DNA of 64,000 nt from an uncultured Actinomycetota bacterium (lineage in GTDB: Bacteria; Actinomycetota; Actinomycetes; Propionibacteriales; Propionibacteriaceae), in the NCBI GenBank assembly GCA_963747505.1, contig CAVVFD010000001.1:1036098-1100097 (forward strand), read 5' to 3'. The notes beneath the pieces were generated by a model that saw nothing but the letters and a program-made list of their open reading frames with translations, was not told the DNA's origin and searched no databases. The first letter of the stretch is position 1, and the number at the start of each line of letters is the position of its first letter. The position numbers and the translations under genes were made by a program. This document shows positions 57,272 to 64,000 of the stretch, piece by piece.

Positions 57272-57737
57272 TGAATACTCCAAGATATGGATCAATCGCC
57301 TACCCGAACGAGCAGGGCGCCCTGCACAAGGCACGACCCCTCGCAGTTGGTCTCATACCAAGAGCTTTGGCAACCCTATTGTGAGACATTTGTATCGCCG
57401 ATTGATACTTTTCGATGATGGTGCCTGCATTCTACTCACTGATTCGTCAGAGAAAGCCATGAAGCGTTCATTCGGTTTCGCTTCTCTCGGTGCCTTCTCT
57501 GGCGGTTCACCATTCTTCTCTCGACCGCCACGTCATACCGGTACTTACGGGCGGCTGAAGACCATGCGCAACCTTTCGGTTGCATTCTTTTCCGGGGGTG
57601 TCTGCCGCGGGTGGCCGGGAGGCTCACCCAGAGAGTGGAAGGCAGTTCCACGCGAAAAATCTCCACCCCCGTCGGGCGGGGGTCACGCGCGGACTGTCGA
57701 TCCACCTCGTCATCGTTGAGTACATTGGGCCACGACC

Positions 57738-58706
57738 ATGAAGCACCGCAACTCAGACCACTCCCACCCCGCTGCCCGGCGAGCCCGCCCACGCGGCGAG
57801 CCGGGTCTTCCCCGCTCGGGTGCCGTGAATGCCGCGCAGTCAGAGCCCACTGCTCGCCATGCAGTCGACGGTTTGGGTGAAAAGACCCCGAAGGCTCGGT
57901 CATCACAGCGGGTGGTCGGGCCAGGCTGGTGGGCGGGTGCGGTGGCGTTGATCGCGTTGATCGGCCTCGTGCTTTCCCTCATCCTCAGCCCGTCATCCGG
58001 GACATCCACGCCGCCCCTGGCGCTGCCGGTCTCACCCTCCACCGCTCCGGAAACCTCATCCGCATTCACTCCGACGCCATCACCGACCCAGGGGGAGACA
58101 ACCAGTTCGTTGGAGACCGAAGCGTCTGCTGAGAGTGGGGAGTCAGCGCCACCGCTACCCGGCGCCGCGCCCTCGGAAGGGGCCGCCACACCGCTGTCGG
58201 ATCCTGCGTCTGCTGCCACCGTCCCAGCAGGAGAGATCCGGCTCAACGACGCATGGTTCTCCGCTCCCGAGGGCTGGGTACTTTCTGGGGACGAACGGAT
58301 CGAGAACTCCCGGCGCGCGGTGAGGCTGGGCCATCCGGGCACCGATGTCCGCCTCCAAGCGGTCACCCTGGAGTCTTCGGAAGAACAACTTGGGTCGTCA
58401 TGCAGTTCGTTGGTGGACCTTCAACAGGAGCAGTTCGCGGATGTGAAGCGTCAACTTGTGGCGCCCATTGGCGTCGACGGCACCCTCGGGTCTGCCGTAC
58501 GGTGCGGGTTCGAGGGGATCCGCATCAGCGATGGGCTGCTCACCTCAATCACCTTCACGATCGTCAGCCGCGTTGCTGACTCACATGTCCTGATGCTGCG
58601 CGCAACCGTGCCGGAGCGGTCCATGGGCCAGCCACCTGTCGCCCAGCTCAATGCCATGACCTGTGCGGCCAGCACCAGTTTTGGTGTACCCCTTCCCCTG
58701 TGTTGA
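57738..58706 (+). CDS. Single-pass membrane protein with S/T/P-rich linker and ~170-aa C-terminal domain, unknown function
   Basis: Track ORF with TM helix WWAGAVALIALIGLVLSLIL. The composition is coding-like, but no SD is seen before ATG 57738, so the start is uncertain. Confidence 0.5.
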   Translation: MKHRNSDHSHPAARRARPRGEPGLPRSGAVNAAQSEPTARHAVDGLGEKTPKARSSQRVVGPGWWAGAVALIALIGLVLSLILSPSSGTSTPPLALPVSPSTAPETSSAFTPTPSPTQGETTSSLETEASAESGESAPPLPGAAPSEGAATPLSDPASAATVPAGEIRLNDAWFSAPEGWVLSGDERIENSRRAVRLGHPGTDVRLQAVTLESSEEQLGSSCSSLVDLQQEQFADVKRQLVAPIGVDGTLGSAVRCGFEGIRISDGLLTSITFTIVSRVADSHVLMLRATVPERSMGQPPVAQLNAMTCAASTSFGVPLPLC

Positions 58707-58892
58707 TGACCACCGAGGGACGCCCCGTGGTGCCCGGCCCCGGCCACCACCCTCGACCAGGGGGCGCGTCACCACGAGGAGGGGCGAGGGATGGCTGCGA
58801 TCATCCCACTGCCACGGATTCAGCACCAGAGGAGGGGGATCCATTGATGCGTGAAGCATCAGGCCATCGGCAATCGGCCCTGCCGGGCGACC

Positions 58893-61103
58893 TCACTGCT
58901 GGCCGGGGCGTCTGCTCAATTGGAGGAACACAGGCCGCATACTCATCCACCACTGGTCCCGTGGACGCTGATCCTTCCAGTCCATCTGATCCGTCACGTC
59001 CCTGAAAGGTGCGAACAGACCGGGCGTTCCCCGCGAGGCCGCCGAGAAGTGGGCTGTTCCATGTGCCAGCTGATGGTCCAGATGGACCAACGCATTGTGC
59101 GCGAGCCTGGTGGCATTGATCCTGTCGAAAGGAGACGGGGTTCCGCCCTGCTGCATGTGCCCGATGACGGCTTCGCGGACCGTGAACATGCCACGACCCT
59201 CAGCCTCGAAGAGCCGGCGCAACACGTCGGTGGTGTAGTACTCACTGGCCTCCTCCCCGATCACCGCCAGGTAGAAGTTCCGGCCTGTCTTGAAGGCGTC
59301 CACCAGGGCTGCAATGTCGTCCTGGAGCTCAGCGAGCGTGAGCCCCAGTTCGGGCAAGTAGGATTTCTCAGCTCCCGCAGCTATCCCGCCCACCAGGGGG
59401 AGGAAGCCGCAGCCGCGTCCCATGGTCTCCACGATGAAGGCGCGCTTGCTGGCCGAGGCCGACATGCGCACCATGTCGATCGCATCGACCACAGTGTTCA
59501 GCGCGGTGTCGGCGCCGACAGCCATCGGCCAGCCGGGAAGATTGTTGTCGATGCTGGCCGGCACCACCGCGATCGGGATGTCGAAGGCCGGGTAGCGGTG
59601 TCGCTCGCGCTCCAGCAACTGCACGGTGGCGTAGGCGTGGAATCCCCCCATCACCACGAGAGCATCGATCTTGTGCTGCTCCAGCTGCCGCGCCATGGCG
59701 TAGAGATCGGACTCCTTCGGCACGTAGCGCCGCGTGCCGAGATCCGCCCCACCCGTGTGGGCCATGCCCTCCACATCGGACCACGACCACCGGGCGAAAT
59801 TGCCTTCGACCAGTCCGGGGACGCCCCCCTGAATGGCGAACATTTCGTATCCGAGATCGATCCCGGATCTCACGGCCACACGCGCCAATTGATTCATGCC
59901 TGGCGCCAGGGCACCTGCGTTCATGATGGCGATGCGCTTGCCCGCTGTGCCTTCGTCCACCGACGGCTGCGCCTCAGTGATACTTCGGTAGATGTCGATC
60001 ATCGTCTGGAAGCCAGGACCTCGAGTCGCGATGGACGACGCGTAGTCGCCCGCCGCTATGAATTCCCCCACCTGAGCCGTGTTCTCGACAGCCCTCAGTA
60101 GCGGCAACGCCACGACGGAATCGCGTCGAACTCCCACCAGGACCGGCTCGGCACCACCGGATGACTCCAGCACCTGGTTGACGGCCTCCACGCCGCACAC
60201 CGTGGCCATCCAGCGGTCGTATGCGCTGGGTCGGCCTCCGCGCTGGACGTGACCAAGGATGGTGATGCGTGCGTCGTCGCCGGTGCGCTCCGCGAGGGCT
60301 CCTCGAATCCGCTGGGCTGTGATGGGTTCTCCGTCGCGATCCGTGGCACCTTCCGCCACGACAACGATCGAATCTCGTCGCCCCGCCGCCCTACCCCGTC
60401 CCAGGAGCTCCACCAACCGGTCCTCCCACCCGTTGCGCGGGGGCACTTCGGGGAGGAATGCGTAGTCCGCCCCACCCGACACTGCGCTCATGAGCGCGAG
60501 ATAGCCACATCGACGGCCCATGACCTCAACGATGAAAGTGCGTTGGTGTGATTCGGCCGTGGAGCTGATGGCGTCAATGGCCTCGGTGATGCGGTGGAGG
60601 GCAGAATCGGTGCCGATGGTCATGTCCGTACCGACCATGTCGTTGTCGATCGAACCCACGAGCCCCGCCACGTGGAGGCTCGGATGTCTCTCCGCCTCCA
60701 GCTGGGTGATCTCGCCGACCTCCAGAAGATCGCGCACATGCTGCGGCCATTCGGTCCGCAGCACCGCGGTACCTGTCAGTGATCCGTCGCCTCCAATGAC
60801 GATCACCCGATCAATCCCGCGCTCGATGAGATTGCGCACAGCCTGCCTGCGACCCGCCGATTCGCGGAAAGCCTCGCAGCGCGCAGTCCCGATGACGGTG
60901 CCGCCCTTGTTCAGGATGCCCGAGACATCAGACCACGTCATGCGACGAATGTGATCGCCACCCTCCACGGCTCCCAGCCATCCCTCCCGGATGGCGTGGA
61001 CCTCCGCACCGCGGTGGATGGCAGCGCGGACGATGGAACGTACGGCTGCGTTCATGCCCTGCGCATCACCGCCCGATGTGAGGACGCCGATGCGAGCAGG
61101 CAT
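58893..61103 (-). CDS. pfkA: Tandem-fused (eukaryote-type) 6-phosphofructokinase, 736 aa
   Basis: N-half: GVLTSGGDAQGMN, IGGDGSLTG, GSIDNDMVGTDMTIGTDSALHRI, MGRRCGYLAL, GHVQRGG. C-half: AIMNAGALAPGMN, MGGFHAY, PASIDNNLPGWPMAVGADTALN, ETMGRGCGF, GHMQQGG. Tail: RPRDQWWMSMRPVF. Confidence 0.88.
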   Translation of the reverse strand: MPARIGVLTSGGDAQGMNAAVRSIVRAAIHRGAEVHAIREGWLGAVEGGDHIRRMTWSDVSGILNKGGTVIGTARCEAFRESAGRRQAVRNLIERGIDRVIVIGGDGSLTGTAVLRTEWPQHVRDLLEVGEITQLEAERHPSLHVAGLVGSIDNDMVGTDMTIGTDSALHRITEAIDAISSTAESHQRTFIVEVMGRRCGYLALMSAVSGGADYAFLPEVPPRNGWEDRLVELLGRGRAAGRRDSIVVVAEGATDRDGEPITAQRIRGALAERTGDDARITILGHVQRGGRPSAYDRWMATVCGVEAVNQVLESSGGAEPVLVGVRRDSVVALPLLRAVENTAQVGEFIAAGDYASSIATRGPGFQTMIDIYRSITEAQPSVDEGTAGKRIAIMNAGALAPGMNQLARVAVRSGIDLGYEMFAIQGGVPGLVEGNFARWSWSDVEGMAHTGGADLGTRRYVPKESDLYAMARQLEQHKIDALVVMGGFHAYATVQLLERERHRYPAFDIPIAVVPASIDNNLPGWPMAVGADTALNTVVDAIDMVRMSASASKRAFIVETMGRGCGFLPLVGGIAAGAEKSYLPELGLTLAELQDDIAALVDAFKTGRNFYLAVIGEEASEYYTTDVLRRLFEAEGRGMFTVREAVIGHMQQGGTPSPFDRINATRLAHNALVHLDHQLAHGTAHFSAASRGTPGLFAPFRDVTDQMDWKDQRPRDQWWMSMRPVFLQLSRRPGQQ

Positions 61104-61141
61104 GAAAGTCTCTTCCTCTTCAGCGATGGAGTGACGCCACG

Positions 61142-61546
61142 TCAGCGGCGGGAGCTCTTCGGACGGACCACCTTGGTGGCCTGCCAGTCAGCGCTCACGT
61201 TCACGCTACCCGTGAGCGAGAGTCCGGCCGTGAGTGCGCCCTCGGCGAGATCGCTGGCCTCGATGAAGCCGGCTCGCCCCACCTTGGGCGTCATCAGCCA
61301 GATGTAGCCGGTGGGGGCGAGATCGGTCATGGCTTCGACAAGTCCATCCGTGACGTCGCCGTCGTCGTCCCGCCACCACAGCACCACGACGTCCACACCC
61401 TCGAGGGCTTCCTCGACCATGTCCGCGTCAATGATGTCCATGATGTCATCGCGAAGCGTTGCATCAACGTCTTCGTCCCAGCCCACTTCCTCGACCACCA
61501 TGCCCGGTGCCAGACCCAGGAGGTCTGCACCCTCAGCCGCACTCAC
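61142..61546 (-). CDS. DUF3052 protein
   Basis: GLAPGMVVEEVGWDEDVD...VVVLWWRDDDGDVTDGLVEAMTDLAPTGYIWLMTPK. GTG 61546 is preceded by AAAGGA; the track ORF starts at 61630. Confidence 0.75.
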   Translation of the reverse strand: MSAAEGADLLGLAPGMVVEEVGWDEDVDATLRDDIMDIIDADMVEEALEGVDVVVLWWRDDDGDVTDGLVEAMTDLAPTGYIWLMTPKVGRAGFIEASDLAEGALTAGLSLTGSVNVSADWQATKVVRPKSSRR

Positions 61547-61665
61547 AGTTCGATCCTTTCGAGAATGACGTACACGAAACCCAAGAGTGCCAGATGGAAG
61601 CGCCCCTGCGCACACCGCCCTTCGCTGCACAGGGCGAAGGGCGGTGTTTTCCAGGGGTCAGGCAC

Positions 61666-64000
61666 TCAGGCGTCGCCCCCCGCGTTGCCTGAGGTCCCGG
61701 CCGTCACGTCGTCGATCCGGTACTTCTTCGCCGCATCCAGGGCCCAGCTCTCCGGCACGTCCTCTGACCGGCCGAGGCTCTGCAGTACGGCGACCGCCAC
61801 GGAGGGCCCATCGATGTTGAAGAAGCGACGCGCCGCCGCCCTCGTGTCCGAGAACCCGAAGCCATCGGCGCCCAGCGTCGTGTAATCCGTCGACACCCAT
61901 TGCCGTATCTGGTCAGGGACCGCACGCATGTAGTCGGAGACCGCCACGACGGGCCCCTCGGCGTCGTCGAGCTTCTTCTCCACCCAGATCTTGTCGTGTT
62001 CACCCCACGGGTTGTTGTACTTCGCCTCATCCGATGCCAATCCCTCGCGGCGCATCTCACCCCATGACGTCACGCTCCAGACATCGGCGACGACGCCAAA
62101 GTCGTCCTTCAGCAGCTGCTGGGCCTCCAGGGCCCAGGGCACGCTCACCCCGGACGCCAGGATTTGCGCGCGACGCGCATCCTCGCCCACGCCCTCGATC
62201 GAACCCTTCTTGAGCAAGTACATGCCCCTGAGGATGCCCTCCACGTCCACACCCTCCGGCTCGGCTGGCTGCACGATGGGCTCGTTGTACACGGTGAGGT
62301 AGTACATGACGTTCTCGGGTGCGTCCCCGTACATGCGACGAAGACCGTCCTGCATGATGTGGGCGATCTCATACGAGTAGGCCGGGTCATAGGACACCAC
62401 TGCCGGGTTGGTGGAGGCCAGCAACGGCGAATGCCCGTCCATGTGCTGCGTGCCCTCACCCGTGAGCGTGGTTCTTCCGGCTGTCGCTCCGATGAGGAAG
62501 CCCCGTGTCAGCTGGTCACCGGCCGCCCACAGGAAGTCACCCACACGCTGGAAGCCGAACATGGAGTAGAAGACGTAGACAGGAACCATGGGAACGCCGT
62601 GCGTGGCGTAGGAGGTGCCCGCCGCGGTGAACGCCGCCACCGAGCCCGCTTCGTTGATGCCCATGTGGAGGATCTGGCCGTTCTTGGCCTCCCGGTATGA
62701 CAGGAACAGCTCATTGTCCACCGGGGTGTAGTTCTGGCCATGCGGGTTGTAGATCTTGATGGTCGGGAAGAATGCGTCGATGCCGAATGTGCGGGCCTCG
62801 TCCGGAATGATCGGCACCACGTGCGGGGCGAACTCCTTGTCCCGCATCAGGTCCTTCAACAGGCGGACAAACGCCATCGTCGTCGCGATCTCCTGCTTGC
62901 CCGAACCCTTGCGGACGCTGGCATACGCCTTGTCGCCCGGCAGGGAGAGGAACTTGCGGTCACCCCGGCGCTCGGGAAGGAACCCACCCAGCTCACGACG
63001 GCGCTGGAGCAGGTACTGCATCCGCGGATCGTCCTCCCCCGGACGCACGTAGGGCGGCTGGTAGGGGTTCTCCTCCAGGACCTTGTCAGTGATCGGGAGA
63101 TTCACCCGGTCGCGGAACGTCTTCAAGTCCTCCAGCGCCAGCTTCTTCATCTGGTGGGTCGCATTGCGACCCGCGAAGTGCTTTCCCAGGAAGTATCCCT
63201 TGATGGTGTGGGCGAGGACGACGGTGGGCGCCCCCGTGAACTCCATGGCGGCCTTGTACGCCGAGTAGACCTTCCGGTAATCGTGCCCGCCGCGCGTCAG
63301 GCGCCAGATTTCGTCATCGGACCAGTCCTCCACCATGGCCGCAGTCCGGGGATCGCGTTCGAAGAAGTGCTTCCGGACGTAGGCGCCGTCGTTGGCCTTG
63401 AAGGTCTGGTAGTCGCCGTCGGAGGTGGCGTTCATCAGGTTGACCAATGCGCCCTCACTGTCGGCAGCGAGCAATGGGTCCCACCCACGGCCCCAGACAG
63501 CCTTGATGACGTTCCAGCCCGCTCCCCTGAAGAACGCCTCCAACTCCTGCATGATCTTGCCGTTGCCACGCACCGGTCCGTCGAGCCGCTGCAGGTTGCA
63601 GTTGATGACAAACGTGAGATTGTCGAGTTCCTCATTGGCCGCCGTCTGCAGCAGGCCGCGCGACTCGGGTTCATCCATCTCCCCGTCGCCCAGGAATGCC
63701 CACACGTGCTGCTGGGAGGTGTCCTTGAGGCCCCGGTTGTGCAGGTAGCGGTTGAACTGTGCCTGGTGGATGGCGTTCATGGGGCCGATTCCCATGGACA
63801 CGGTGGGAAATTCCCAGAAATCGGGCATCTGGTGGGGGTGGGGATAGGACGGCAGGGCGCGGAGCTCGCCGTCAACATAGTGGCTGTGTTCCTGTCGGAA
63901 TCCGTCCAGGTCAGCTTCCTGCAGCCTTCCCTCCAGGAATGCCCTCGCGTACATACCGGGTGAAGCATGACCTTGGAAGAAGACCTGGTCTCCTCCGCCC
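61666..64000 (-). CDS. aceE: Pyruvate dehydrogenase E1 component AceE; 5' end beyond the right edge
   Basis: [29 protein letters not shown], and [24 protein letters not shown]. The frame is open to position 64000. Confidence 0.92.
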   Translation of the reverse strand, partial: GGGDQVFFQGHASPGMYARAFLEGRLQEADLDGFRQEHSHYVDGELRALPSYPHPHQMPDFWEFPTVSMGIGPMNAIHQAQFNRYLHNRGLKDTSQQHVWAFLGDGEMDEPESRGLLQTAANEELDNLTFVINCNLQRLDGPVRGNGKIMQELEAFFRGAGWNVIKAVWGRGWDPLLAADSEGALVNLMNATSDGDYQTFKANDGAYVRKHFFERDPRTAAMVEDWSDDEIWRLTRGGHDYRKVYSAYKAAMEFTGAPTVVLAHTIKGYFLGKHFAGRNATHQMKKLALEDLKTFRDRVNLPITDKVLEENPYQPPYVRPGEDDPRMQYLLQRRRELGGFLPERRGDRKFLSLPGDKAYASVRKGSGKQEIATTMAFVRLLKDLMRDKEFAPHVVPIIPDEARTFGIDAFFPTIKIYNPHGQNYTPVDNELFLSYREAKNGQILHMGINEAGSVAAFTAAGTSYATHGVPMVPVYVFYSMFGFQRVGDFLWAAGDQLTRGFLIGATAGRTTLTGEGTQHMDGHSPLLASTNPAVVSYDPAYSYEIAHIMQDGLRRMYGDAPENVMYYLTVYNEPIVQPAEPEGVDVEGILRGMYLLKKGSIEGVGEDARRAQILASGVSVPWALEAQQLLKDDFGVVADVWSVTSWGEMRREGLASDEAKYNNPWGEHDKIWVEKKLDDAEGPVVAVSDYMRAVPDQIRQWVSTDYTTLGADGFGFSDTRAAARRFFNIDGPSVAVAVLQSLGRSEDVPESWALDAAKKYRIDDVTAGTSGNAGGDA

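Noticed and set aside
1-64000. Scan for CRISPR arrays, IS elements/transposases, integrases, prophage genes, toxin-antitoxin pairs, restriction-modification or other known defence operons
   Set aside because: None seen. There are no regularly spaced 25-40-bp repeats, no transposase, integrase or recombinase motifs in any ORF, and essentially every gene fits a conserved actinobacterial housekeeping neighbourhood.

Overview
High-GC (about 65-68%) actinobacterial chromosome, probably Propionibacteriales-like; the taxon is an inference from gene order and protein motifs only. The window is dominated by conserved core neighbourhoods known from Mycobacterium and Streptomyces. These are: acn / RNA methyltransferase / APC permease / trkA-trkA / dut / DUF4193 / sepH; tdk; topoisomerase IV parC and parE; adnA-adnB-nudC; cspA / DUF3107 / rhlE; trpS; ku; secA-hpf-comF-lpqB-mtrB-mtrA; tmRNA-smpB-ftsX-ftsE-prfB; tRNA-Val; pfk; aceE. 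I call 58 CDS, one tmRNA, one tRNA, five terminator-like hairpins and one phased direct-repeat array. Many long ORFs in the track are antisense or out-of-frame shadows typical of high-GC DNA, and several track ORFs are 5'-over-extended; starts were re-set where sequence supports it. I found no CRISPR array, transposase, integrase, prophage or recognisable defence operon, so I cannot honestly claim a clear new multi-gene system. The observations most worth a second look are listed here. (1) A 736-aa tandem-fused, eukaryote-type 6-phosphofructokinase. (2) A DEAD-box helicase whose Q-motif precedes any canonical start codon. (3) Three TGTTGTCCG direct repeats phased exactly 21 bp apart. (4) A translationally coupled lipoprotein plus polytopic membrane protein pair of unknown function. 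(5) A lower-GC islet next to tRNA-Val carrying an Ltp-family gene and a 467-bp hairpin-rich non-coding stretch. (6) A Cys-rich upstream ORF and an unusually long gap around an orphan ku gene. Family (DUF) names come from memory of protein motifs, not from a search.
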